From Candidatus Undinarchaeales archaeon (lineage in GTDB: Archaea; SpSt-1190; JASMDC01), in contig JASMDC010000015.1 in the NCBI GenBank assembly GCA_030753015.1, positions 8,988-72,987 of the forward strand: 64,000 nucleotides of DNA, in the 5' to 3' direction. Position numbers and translations under genes: made by a program. The notes beneath the pieces were generated by a model. The model did not search any database. It saw only the letters and a program-made list of their open reading frames with translations, and was not told where the DNA came from. Positions 37,785 to 46,854 of this stretch are shown piece after piece. Each line of letters begins with the position of its first letter. Position 1 is the stretch's first letter.

Positions 37785-39510
37785 CCCGCTCTTGACAGTT
37801 CGTTCTTGAAACCCTCGTTTTGATAAGCAAAGAAGCGACTTCCATCCCAACGATCTCCATGTCTAAGGGAAGAGGTAAGTCATCCGGCACAGAAGTCGAG
37901 TACGGCAGCGTCCGTGCCTTATGGGAGATCATAGAGCGTACCCGCCTCATCGAGATTCTCAATAACGCCGCCCCCAAGCGCAACGGCATCCCAGTGGGCG
38001 AGCTCACAGTCCTCATGGCCATCAACCGCTGCCTCGATCCCCAGGCCAAATGGACTATCCCCGAGTGGTACGAGCGGACCTACCTCCCCGAGCTCCTCGG
38101 CATCGATCTCCCTGCGTCGAGCGGCTACCAGACGCTGACGCGTTGCCTTGACTACCTGACCGACCCCGTCCAGGCGGACGTCGAGATGGCGCTCTGCGGC
38201 CGTGTGATGGAGGCCTATCACCTCAAGCCGCGCATGTTCCTGTACGACCTGACCTCGACCTTCGTGGAGGGCGAGGGGGCCGCCCCGATCCTCCAGTACG
38301 GGTACAGCCGTGACCACCGTCCCGACCGCAAGCAGGTCAACTACGCGCTGTGCGTGACTGCGCCCGAGGGCGTTCCCATGTTCCATGAGGCGTTCCCAGG
38401 CAACCAGGTGGACTCCAAGACCGTGAAGGAAACGATGGAGCGCTTTCAGGACCGCCACGGCCTCGACGGGTGCCTTGTAGTGGACCGTGGGATCGTCACC
38501 TACAAGAACGTCGAGGAGATCGTGGACGTTCGCGGTCTCGACCTCGTTGGCGGGATGAGGATGAACAACGGCCTCGCCCGCCGCGTGCGGGCGGTGCCTC
38601 TCGACGACTACGACGAGCCGTTCAAGCGTGGAAAGGAAGTGCTGCAGGCGTACGAGCTGCCGCTGACGATCCGCAAAGTGGAGCGACGGTGCATCCTCTA
38701 CTACAGCGCGGAGAAGGCCGGGCGCGACTACAAGACAAGGATGGCCCACCTCGTGAAGGTCGAGGCAGGGATCAAGAAGCTGGCCGAGTCGCTCCGTAGG
38801 AGCGGGCGTGGCCGCAGGCCGACACCCGCGGGGATCGCCGGGAAGATCGACCGGCTCCTTGAGGAGAAGAAGTGCCAGGGGCTGATCACGTGGCGTTTCG
38901 TCGGCGGCCGCGGCGGCCGCCGGCTCAAGTGGGAGCGCGACGAGGCAGCCATACGGGACAGGGAACTGATGGATGGGAAGTACGTTCTCATCACCACGCT
39001 GGACCTGTCGCCGAAGGAGATCCTCGAGACCTACCGCGGCCGCGACACAGTGGAGCGTGCCTTTCGCATCACGAAACAGTCCATCCGCATACGGCCCATC
39101 TGGAACAGGAAGGAGCAGCACATCAGGGCACACCTCTTCATCTGCTTCCTGGCATACCTGCTCATGAGCCTCCTCAAGCTCGACCTGAAGGAGGTGGAGG
39201 TCGACCTCACTCCCGTGAAGGCGCTCAAGAGGATGGGGTATGTTACGGAATGGGTGCCGCGGACGATCCAGGCCGAGGGGGGACAGGATGTCCTTGGAAG
39301 GCTCATGCAGAAGCGTCGTTAGCCCTCGAGGCTAACACCGGCATCCCCCAATGACAATCGCGAGCGGAAGCTCTCATCATTATGCTCGATGATAGGCGAT
39401 CCAATGGATGATGACATCAATATGGGCACGTTTTGTTGGTGATCGTGAGGGAAAATGAGTAATCGAACTCACCTCAATCACGAATCTAATTATGAAATGT
39501 CAAGGGCGGG
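37785..39510 (+). mobile_element. IS1634-family insertion sequence
   Basis: TIRs CCCGCTCTTGACA (37785-37797) and TGTCAAGGGCGGG (39498-39510) match 12/13; 6-bp TSD TTGCCA at 37779-37784 and 39511-39516. Confidence 0.93.
37859..39322 (+). CDS. IS1634-family transposase
   Basis: YDLTSTFVEG, YGYSRDHRPDRKQV, FPGNQVD, VDRG, DGKYVLIT, YRGRDTVERAFR and RPIW...IRAH motifs. Confidence 0.93.
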   Translation: MSKGRGKSSGTEVEYGSVRALWEIIERTRLIEILNNAAPKRNGIPVGELTVLMAINRCLDPQAKWTIPEWYERTYLPELLGIDLPASSGYQTLTRCLDYLTDPVQADVEMALCGRVMEAYHLKPRMFLYDLTSTFVEGEGAAPILQYGYSRDHRPDRKQVNYALCVTAPEGVPMFHEAFPGNQVDSKTVKETMERFQDRHGLDGCLVVDRGIVTYKNVEEIVDVRGLDLVGGMRMNNGLARRVRAVPLDDYDEPFKRGKEVLQAYELPLTIRKVERRCILYYSAEKAGRDYKTRMAHLVKVEAGIKKLAESLRRSGRGRRPTPAGIAGKIDRLLEEKKCQGLITWRFVGGRGGRRLKWERDEAAIRDRELMDGKYVLITTLDLSPKEILETYRGRDTVERAFRITKQSIRIRPIWNRKEQHIRAHLFICFLAYLLMSLLKLDLKEVEVDLTPVKALKRMGYVTEWVPRTIQAEGGQDVLGRLMQKRR

Positions 39511-39887
39511 TTGCCATGACGATCGGGTTCGATAAAGAAATTCCTCACTTGATCATCATCTAAACTTATAGTACCAACTATTCTTTTATCTATTTCAGCG
39601 ATTAAGATTAAGGTCTTCTTAGATCTCTCAATTAATACATTTGGGGCATTATGCGGTAGTAATGTATCGATTGCTTCCTTCGAATAATCCTTGATATTCA
39701 CCGTTTCTAAATTCTTTGTTATTAGAATACTCAATTCATTCGCATCTTGATCTCTGAATCTGCGAATTATCATCTTTGTTCCTTGGCATAGTCATGATGT
39801 AAATCTTATAGCTTTGGTCGGAACTCCGCGGTCGATATCGTTCCCTGGCCTTCCACCCACATGGCCCCGATCATCCTGAAATGTGAC

Positions 39888-39977
39888 GATCCTAACGTCG
39901 CTCGAGACTCGCTAAGCGGGTCCGCGTATAGTGAATTCTTGCTCGTTACGCGCCCTAACAAGGCGATCTTTTCGAAT
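39888..39977. repeat. Junction repeat family J2, copy B
   Basis: GATCCTAACGTCGCTCGAGACTCGCTAAGCGGGTCCGCG...GAATTC...CAAGGCGATCTTT aligns over about 90 nt with copy C. Confidence 0.8.
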
Positions 39978-40001
39978 GACCGATGGTCATGAAGACTATT
40001 C

Positions 40002-40184
40002 ATGTATGTCGGTCTGATCCTGATGCATATAGGAGCGCCGATAATGTTCCAGAGCATGGTCACGCTCCTGTCGTCGGTCATATGGATCCCGATCATTATC
40101 TACTGGATGAAGATCGATGAGGCGACGCTGGAAGAGGTCTATGGTAAGGAATATGTCGACTACAAGAACAGAACAATGTTCTGA
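40002..40184 (+). pseudogene. 3' fragment of an isoprenylcysteine carboxylmethyltransferase-family gene
   Basis: MYVGLIL...DEATLEEVYGKEYVDYKNRT matches the (RHP)MY.G...EE..L...YG..Y..Y C-terminus; the N-terminal half is absent. Confidence 0.7.
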
Positions 40185-40335
40185 TGTGAGAATAAAGAGG
40201 TCCGCTTTTTGTTATACGCACTCAGTGCGGCTAAAGACACTAGATCAAGAGCTCCGGCCCTTGTCCCAAATACACCGCTCTCACACCCCATGGAAAAGAG
40301 ATTTAAGAAAAAAGGGTAAAGAATAGTCGGGAAAA

Positions 40336-41169
40336 ATGGAGACCGAGGAAATAAAACGGACCGTGAAAGGCCGCTATGGCGAATGTGCAGAGACCGGTGG
40401 CGGGGAAAAGTCCTGTTGCTGTCCAAATGCTGCCCCCACATGTGCGAGCTTTGCTACCGAGCATGGGCTTTATGGGCAGGAAGAACTCTCCTTGGTCCCG
40501 CAAGTCGCTCGTACCCTTTCCAAGGGTTGCGGTAACCCCACCGGTTTCGCCGACCTTCGATCCGACGAAGTGGTCGTGGACCTTGGTTGTGGTGCAGGGA
40601 TCGATATCATTCTTGCTGCTCATAAGATTGGGCCCGGTGGGAAAGTGATCGGAGTGGATTTTTCTGCAAAGATGATCGAGCGGGCACAGCAGGCAGTGGC
40701 CGAGGCGCGCTTGACGGATACCATCGAGTTCCATGTCGCTGACCTGGAACGTCTTGAGCTCCCGGATGTCCTTGCCGATGTGGTGATGTCGAACTGCGTC
40801 ATCAATCTCTGCCCCGATAAGGTGGCCGTGTATCGCGAAGCCTTTCGTATCCTGAAATCCGGTGGGCGCATAGCCATCTCCGATGTCGTCTTTACTGGAA
40901 CAATAGACCCCAAGGTCCAGGAGCGCTTCCGATCGACCTGGGCAGGATGTCTGGGCGGATCGATCAACGAGGAGGACTATTTCGAGATCATCCGAAAGGC
41001 AGGCTTCAGACAGGTCGAGATCGTGTCCCGTCATCCATTATCTCCGGAGGAACTGGAAGCAATGGCATGTTGTCCGGGGCCGGAATTCACCCCTGCTCCT
41101 GAAAAAGAGGACCTTGCTGTGGCTCGAGGGAAAGTGACGAGCATCAAGTTCACAGCGATAAAGCCCTAG
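40336..41169 (+). CDS. arsM: Arsenite methyltransferase-like SAM methyltransferase
   Basis: N-terminal CCC, GCGNP, DLGCGAGID, SNCVINL.PDK and WAGCLGG motifs. Confidence 0.85.
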   Translation: METEEIKRTVKGRYGECAETGGGEKSCCCPNAAPTCASFATEHGLYGQEELSLVPQVARTLSKGCGNPTGFADLRSDEVVVDLGCGAGIDIILAAHKIGPGGKVIGVDFSAKMIERAQQAVAEARLTDTIEFHVADLERLELPDVLADVVMSNCVINLCPDKVAVYREAFRILKSGGRIAISDVVFTGTIDPKVQERFRSTWAGCLGGSINEEDYFEIIRKAGFRQVEIVSRHPLSPEELEAMACCPGPEFTPAPEKEDLAVARGKVTSIKFTAIKP

Positions 41170-41262
41170 ACCGGCCGATCCAGCCCATCAAGGACGCACC
41201 GGCAGCGTTAATCGATCGCACTTCGGACTTCCATCACCCTTCGGCCGATATACGGCCTACGA

Positions 41263-41685
41263 TTACTTGCTGTCCTCGAACCCTACATCGATCAGGAATC
41301 GGGCGAACTCAGTGTCGACCACCTGGAAATGGTTGATGAGCCAGTTGACCAGGAAGACGTTGATGGAGGTAGCAAGCGCCCGAGTCGCGCCCTCTTCCTG
41401 GAAGTCCTCTATCAAGAGGCCCAGGGTGCGCTTGAACTCGTCGTGCTGCTTCTTGTGGTACGTCATCCCGGGGTAGCCCAGCTCCTCCATGTGCTTCTCT
41501 TCCGTGGAGAAGTGGAAATCGGTGTAGTCGACCATAAAGTCGAGCATCTTCGTGACCTTGCCCGAACCCTGCGTCACCTTAAGGGCACTTGACAGGTTGT
41601 TGAACCGTTGTATGAGCATCTTGTGCTGCTCATCGATCAGTTCTATTCCCACAGAGTAACTGTCGTCCCATGCGATCGTTGTCAT
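41263..41685 (-). CDS. Bacteriohemerythrin
   Basis: W...YSVG...IDEQH, HFSTEE, HKKQH and WLINH...D motifs; GGGAGG RBS before ATG 41685. Confidence 0.92.
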   Translation of the reverse strand: MTTIAWDDSYSVGIELIDEQHKMLIQRFNNLSSALKVTQGSGKVTKMLDFMVDYTDFHFSTEEKHMEELGYPGMTYHKKQHDEFKRTLGLLIEDFQEEGATRALATSINVFLVNWLINHFQVVDTEFARFLIDVGFEDSK

Positions 41686-41862
41686 GTCGTATTCCTCCCT
41701 AGATGCCTGTCCACAACGAGCCTCCTGACACCCCAAGGTTTTTGTTCCTACCGAATTCCCCTCGGTCAGTTCACTGTCACATGACCGCGTACTCGAGCAC
41801 GGGAGTGCCGCCGACCGCACATGACAGTCGCACTCACGGCACCTGTTCTGCTTAGACGTGTC

Positions 41863-41949
41863 GACCCTGACGTCGTTTGAGAATCGCTAAGCGGGGCCGC
41901 GATCCGAATTCCTTTGCCGTGAACCGAGATCAAGAACGCTCTTTGAGAT
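41863..41949. repeat. Junction repeat family J2, copy C
   Basis: GACCCTGACGTCGTTTGAGAATCGCTAAGCGGGGCCGCGATCCGAATTC...CAAGAACGCTCTTT. Confidence 0.8.
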
Positions 41950-42004
41950 CCCCTTCATAAGGTTCAAATATTTGCGTGGGATCCTAGTTGAAGAAGGTGG
42001 CTAC

Positions 42005-42181
42005 ATGATAAAGATAATCGGTTTTGGCGGTAGCATCCTTCCTGGCTCGAACGATAAGACCCTTTCCGACGCAGAGAAATTCCTCAATAAGATCGGCCGG
42101 GAAAATCTCATCAACATGTCGATCAATTACATCGGCACGACCGGAACGCTCCGCGTCTTCATCACATACAACGAGGAGTAG
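42005..42181 (+). CDS. Small hypothetical protein (58 aa)
   Basis: GAAGGTGG RBS-like sequence before the ATG; beta-alpha-beta-beta-like pattern. Confidence 0.6.
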   Translation: MIKIIGFGGSILPGSNDKTLSDAEKFLNKIGRENLINMSINYIGTTGTLRVFITYNEE

Positions 42182-42325
42182 CTCAAACGAGCGGGCAGTA
42201 ACGCTCGAACAGGGGACGGAAGATCCAGGCAGGCTCATGAGAAGAAATAAGTATCCCCGTCACCTGACAGAGGATCCCCCCACCTTCCCCTAACCCTTAT
42301 AAACCCCCCCGAATATCCCGGAGGA

Positions 42326-43864
42326 ATGCGGGGCGTAATCAGCTCGGGGCATCCGGTCACATCCGAGGCGGGTGCGAGCGTGCTGCGCAAGGGAGGGACC
42401 GCCGTCGACGCGGCACTTGCAGCGTCCGCTGTGAGCGGAGTTACCGAGCCCGGCCTCACCAGTCTTGGGGGGGGAGGTCTTGCCGTCATCCACGAGGGAG
42501 ACAGCGGCCGCAACCGGGTCTTCGACTTCTTTGCAGACATGCCCGGCCTGGAAGGTGACGGTCCGGACCCCTCCAGTTTCAAGGAGCTGGTCGTTGACTA
42601 TGAGGGTGCGCTGGAGACGTACCTGGTCGGCATGGGAACGGCAGCGCTCCCGGGCGTGCTCCCGGGTATCCTGTACATCCACGAGGAGATGGGCACGCTC
42701 CCTCTGGCAGACGTCCTTGCCCCGGCGATACGGGTCGCGCGCGATGGGGTCGTGCTCAGCGCGTTCCAGGCCAGATGCAACTACCTGTTCCGGGACCTTC
42801 TGGGCATGGGCCTGGAAAGCCGGAAGGTCTTTTTCAGGGACGGGGTGATGCTAAAGGAGGGCGAGCTCTTCACGAACCCCAATGTGGCACGGCTGCTCTC
42901 GAAGTTCGGATCAGGCGACTGGAGGCAGACGCTGGAAAACGAGTTCTACTCGCCCATCGTCAAGCACATGGAGGAGATATCCGGCCCCATCACACCTGCC
43001 GACCTCGAGCACTACACACCCATCGAGCGCTGTCCTCTGGAGATATCGTGCATGGGCTTCGACCTGCTCACACCGCCCCCCCCGTCCACCGGTGGCCTCA
43101 GGATCGCCTTTCTGCTCAAGCTTTTAGAGCGCAACGAGCTTGCGGGCATGGACCGGACGGGCCCGGAGTACGTCGAGCTGCTCGCACAATGTCAGGCATC
43201 CACCGATGCCATGCGCAAGGGAGTTGTGGACGGCAACATCCACGACAAGAATCTTGCCGAAGAGGTGCTCTCGGAAGGCTGCCTGGACCGCTTTACCGAC
43301 GATGCCATGGTCGTTGCACCGCCCCGGTCGGCGGGGAACACCACCCAGATATCGGTCACAGACGCAACGGGCACCGCCGTGTCGCTCACGACCACCACCG
43401 GCGAGAGCACGGGCTTCATGATCCCCGGCACCGGCGTGCTCTACAACAACATGCTGGGCGAGATCGACCTCAACCCCGACGGCTGCCGGGCGAACCCGGT
43501 CGGAAAAAGGCTCACGTCCTCCATGTCGCCTTCGGTGATGCTTGCTGACGGCGAGGTCATCGGCGTCATGGGGAGCGGTGGATCGAGCAGGATCATAAGT
43601 GCCATCGTGCAGGTGTCGCTCAACCACGCGGTGTTCGGCCTCGACGCGGCAACGTCCGTGGAGTCGCCCCGAGCGCACTACGAGGGCGGGGTGCTCCAGA
43701 TGGAGGCAGGCTTTCCTGCAGCCACCGTCCAGAAGCTGAAGCGCACCTTCGAGGTGAACGAGTGGGACCGTATCGACCGGTACTTCGGCGGCGTCCACAT
43801 GACCACGGGGCGTACGGGTGCCGGCGACACGCGCAGGAGCGGGCACTTCATGGCCGTGGAGTAG
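42326..43864 (+). CDS. ggt: Gamma-glutamyltransferase
   Basis: GGTAVDAA, SLGGGG, PPPSTGG, catalytic NTTQISV, NNMLGE, SSMSP and GSGG motifs. Confidence 0.93.
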   Translation: MRGVISSGHPVTSEAGASVLRKGGTAVDAALAASAVSGVTEPGLTSLGGGGLAVIHEGDSGRNRVFDFFADMPGLEGDGPDPSSFKELVVDYEGALETYLVGMGTAALPGVLPGILYIHEEMGTLPLADVLAPAIRVARDGVVLSAFQARCNYLFRDLLGMGLESRKVFFRDGVMLKEGELFTNPNVARLLSKFGSGDWRQTLENEFYSPIVKHMEEISGPITPADLEHYTPIERCPLEISCMGFDLLTPPPPSTGGLRIAFLLKLLERNELAGMDRTGPEYVELLAQCQASTDAMRKGVVDGNIHDKNLAEEVLSEGCLDRFTDDAMVVAPPRSAGNTTQISVTDATGTAVSLTTTTGESTGFMIPGTGVLYNNMLGEIDLNPDGCRANPVGKRLTSSMSPSVMLADGEVIGVMGSGGSSRIISAIVQVSLNHAVFGLDAATSVESPRAHYEGGVLQMEAGFPAATVQKLKRTFEVNEWDRIDRYFGGVHMTTGRTGAGDTRRSGHFMAVE

Positions 43865-44029
43865 GGCAGGGGACGGCCTCACTTTCGCATACCTGGGGCT
43901 TCAGGGGCGATGGACGAACGACGGCTGATCCGTCATCGCTCCAAAGATACACCATCTTGCGCCCGAGGGGCTCGTCATGGCGAGGTGACCGGGCCTATTT
44001 AATTGTTAGACACGTGAATTTCATGCTTC

Positions 44030-45835
44030 ATGGCACCACGGATCCGACAAGGTCAAGTTAATAAAAAAATACAATTTCAAAAGAGGATCCAAGGTGATGA
44101 GAATTCTAGTCCGGTGAAAGGCACCGATCATTATGTAGTCGCTCTGTTCTTTGTGTTATCACTGGTCTTTGTCGGGCCCATTCTTAAGGGGCTGTACATG
44201 TATGGTATTCTCGACTGGGATCAACATTTCTTCTATCACGCGGTCCCAAGGGCCACCATCATCGAACATCACCAGTTCCCATTATGGAATCCGTACCATT
44301 GTGGTGGCAACATCCTTCTTGCCAATCCCCAATCATCCTTCTTGTCCCCGACATTCATCTTCGTCCTCCTTTTCGATGTGATACCGGGATTGAAAGTGAG
44401 GATCCTGATCCAGTACATGATCGGGTTGTACGGGATGTATATCCTGGCCCGATCGTTGGGTATGACCACTAATGGCAGCCTGTTATCCTCGAGCGTCTTT
44501 ATGCTCAACGGAGCGTACGCATCCAACATCGTGGTCGGCCATACCACTTTTCTTCCTGTGGTGTATATCCCCTGGGCCTTTCATTACTTACTGAGAGGGA
44601 TCGAGGACATCAGGTACATCCCTCTGTCCTCGATCGTCCTTTCCATCATGATCTTTGAGGGAGGTGTCTTTCCTTTCGTGTTCACATGCCTGTTCATGGG
44701 TGCGTTCTCGTTCTTCAAGGCGCTGCAACTCAAGAAGATAGCTCCTGCAGGAGCATTCGTCCTTGTCCTCTTTCTTACCTTCCTGCTAGCTTCCATCAAA
44801 TTCCTTCCCCTTATCGAGTTCACTTCTATGAATCCATTATCAAGGGACGTCGGTAGGGGGTATACTGTTGAGATACTGGTCAACGCACTGACCAATCCCG
44901 ACCTCAACACCGTCGATCTCAATTTGAAAGTATCGGACGACCAAGTAAATTACTGGATAGAATATTATGCGTATGTCGGCGCACTACCTTTGATACTCGG
45001 TATCTTTGGCGCATGCGTGATGCTGGGCTCAAGGTGGCCATTATTATTGACCACAGTTCTGTTCCTCATCCTCTCCTTTGGCTCGAACGAGACGCTGGAT
45101 CTCTGGGGCATGATCCATCCCTTGCCCATCTTGAGCAGCTTCCAGGTACCCAGCAGATGTATGATGATGGTCGTCTTTTCTCTGGCTCTCTACTCCGGCT
45201 GGGCGCTTTCTTGGTTAGAGGGGTACGGGGCCCATATGTTGGTGACGTGGGGAGTGCTGGTCTTTGTCATCATGGATCTGGTGCTCGTTAACGGCGCTTT
45301 GTTCGAACTGGGGTTCATTCGATATCCTCCTGCGATCCTTGGTCGTCGTAGTGATACCCTCGTTCAATGGAAGGGATGGGGACATTATGATTATTTCTTG
45401 ATGAACAAAGGCCTGGTCAACTGCTATGAACGGACGCATCTCCCGATACGTGCACTTCCAGCTCAGGACGAGCAGTATAGAGGAGAGGTCTACTACAACG
45501 GGTCCATCGGGAGACCGGAAGTCATCAGTATAACCCCGAACGAGCTACGTTACCGCGTGTCCGTCGATCGACCCACCAGACTGGTGGTCAATCAGAACTA
45601 TGATCCCGGCTGGTATAGCACGGGACATGATGTGGTATCTCATGATGGATTGATATCGATCGACCTCGATCCGGATGATGAGATCGTGACCCTCTCATAT
45701 CTACCGCGCTCCTTCCTCCTTGGCCAGCTGCTCTCGTTCCTTGGTCTCGTTCTTGCAGCCCTTGTGTATTATGATAGACTTCCCAATGGGGGGCTGGTGC
45801 TCGCCTCCAACGGCAGGCTCAACGACGGGATGTAG
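44030..45835 (+). CDS. YfhO-like GT-C membrane glycosyltransferase
   Basis: DWDQ, FPLWNPY.CGG..LLANPQS and NQNYDPGW motifs, multiple TMs; AT-richer than its flanks. Confidence 0.8.
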   Translation: MAPRIRQGQVNKKIQFQKRIQGDENSSPVKGTDHYVVALFFVLSLVFVGPILKGLYMYGILDWDQHFFYHAVPRATIIEHHQFPLWNPYHCGGNILLANPQSSFLSPTFIFVLLFDVIPGLKVRILIQYMIGLYGMYILARSLGMTTNGSLLSSSVFMLNGAYASNIVVGHTTFLPVVYIPWAFHYLLRGIEDIRYIPLSSIVLSIMIFEGGVFPFVFTCLFMGAFSFFKALQLKKIAPAGAFVLVLFLTFLLASIKFLPLIEFTSMNPLSRDVGRGYTVEILVNALTNPDLNTVDLNLKVSDDQVNYWIEYYAYVGALPLILGIFGACVMLGSRWPLLLTTVLFLILSFGSNETLDLWGMIHPLPILSSFQVPSRCMMMVVFSLALYSGWALSWLEGYGAHMLVTWGVLVFVIMDLVLVNGALFELGFIRYPPAILGRRSDTLVQWKGWGHYDYFLMNKGLVNCYERTHLPIRALPAQDEQYRGEVYYNGSIGRPEVISITPNELRYRVSVDRPTRLVVNQNYDPGWYSTGHDVVSHDGLISIDLDPDDEIVTLSYLPRSFLLGQLLSFLGLVLAALVYYDRLPNGGLVLASNGRLNDGM

Positions 45836-45971
45836 GCGCTTGAGCGACAGCAACTTACCGCAACGATCCGGGGGCTGCTGAGCTCTCCTCTCGTTCCCGA
45901 GGATGCCCCGGCCCAAGGGAAGCTATAAAACGTGAGTGAGGAAGCCGCGAGCATAGATCGGTGGTGTAACC

Positions 45972-46577
45972 GTGGAGATAGAATACGAAGGCGTCATCAG
46001 AACGGACGACATGATCCTCTTGGGAGTGCGACAGAAGGGTACCGGCCCCTACGAGACACAGATGACCGTCCCCGGGATGACATACGACCAAAAGACCGAT
46101 AAGGCCCTGGTCTCGATCGGTTCCAGGACCGACGACGGTGAGAGCGTTACGGGCATCATCCCCCAGCTCACCGGTCCCCTCGAGGGCTATGACCATGTCT
46201 CCATCGACCAGACCGTGGAGCTCGCATCGTACCATCCCGCCACCGGGCACATGGTCGGTCCCATGTACTGCTCGCTTGACGTGGAGACCGATCTGGCTGC
46301 GTCAGGGAATGGGGACGGATACGTCGCTCTCGCCCGGGAGCCTGCTCAGATGGATACCGTTCTCCAGGCGCTCACCATGGAGGGCATCATCCCCGACGAT
46401 GTCGTCACCGCATATGGCACGCTCATGGACGATCCCACCGAGGGCAACTACCTGAAGCTGCTCCACCAGATCGAGGTCAACAAGGATGACATCGCCCTAG
46501 CACGTCTCCACATAGAGTGGTACATAGATGATGGGGACATCACGGACCTTGGCTTCGCACCCGGAGACCTCTCCTAG
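45972..46577 (+). CDS. Hypothetical acidic protein
   Basis: ORF with CTATAAAA upstream; no motif recognised. Confidence 0.65.
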   Translation: MEIEYEGVIRTDDMILLGVRQKGTGPYETQMTVPGMTYDQKTDKALVSIGSRTDDGESVTGIIPQLTGPLEGYDHVSIDQTVELASYHPATGHMVGPMYCSLDVETDLAASGNGDGYVALAREPAQMDTVLQALTMEGIIPDDVVTAYGTLMDDPTEGNYLKLLHQIEVNKDDIALARLHIEWYIDDGDITDLGFAPGDLS

Positions 46578-46609
46578 GTCCGCTTTGAGCATAGGATCTG
46601 TTGCCCGTG

Positions 46610-46698
46610 CATCGGAAGTCTGACAAGATCATCGGCGTCAACGTCCTGGCCCCGGGGCGTCCGACCTGGTACACGAGGGTGCCATTATGGATTCGTGA
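46610..46698 (+). pseudogene. Fragment of a pyridine nucleotide-disulfide oxidoreductase dimerisation domain (MerA/Lpd-like)
   Basis: KSDKIIGVNVLAPG, then ASDLVHEGAI in a shifted frame; ends just before repeat c1. Confidence 0.55.
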
Positions 46699-46703
46699 TA
46701 CGA

Positions 46704-46718
46704 GTGCGCCGGTCGGGA
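46704..46718 (-). repeat. tRNA-Gly 3'-end-like repeat c1
   Basis: GTGCGCCGGTCGGGA; reverse complement TCCCGACCGGCGCAC. Confidence 0.8.
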
Positions 46719-46854
46719 ACAAAGCCCACATTCAGGGGCAAATGAGAACGGGAACGGTCGCGGGGGGGCGCACTCCGCTGGACCTTGACCAACGGGCCCC
46801 GGGCATTCGATCGATGGAATATGCATATATACTATAACCACCATTATACTAACT

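Larger units (their letters stand above)
37577..39773 (-). pseudogene. GNAT acetyltransferase interrupted by IS1634
   Basis: 5' part 39773-39511 (MIIRRF...FIEPDRHG) and 3' part 37778-37577 (KGIGTKLINNIEQIAREKNKRLLFVLSSITAEEFYIKSGY...SA*) join in frame into 154 aa after removing the IS and one TSD copy. AT-rich. Confidence 0.92.

Noticed and set aside
39891-39959. CCTAAC...GTTACG and GCCCTAAC as a canonical integron attC
   Set aside because: R boxes are not complementary beyond the TAAC/GTTA core, no L-box pairing is evident, and sister copies lack the AAC/GTT. It is kept only as a generic junction repeat.
43953-43965. 13-nt match (CATCTTGCGCCCG) to positions 2-14 of the ancestral TnpB guide; the guide also loosely resembles the tRNA-Gly repeats
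   Set aside because: The first seed base mismatches, there is no plausible AT-rich TAM, and the repeat match needs a gap. The guide is simply MBL coding sequence, so chance is likely.
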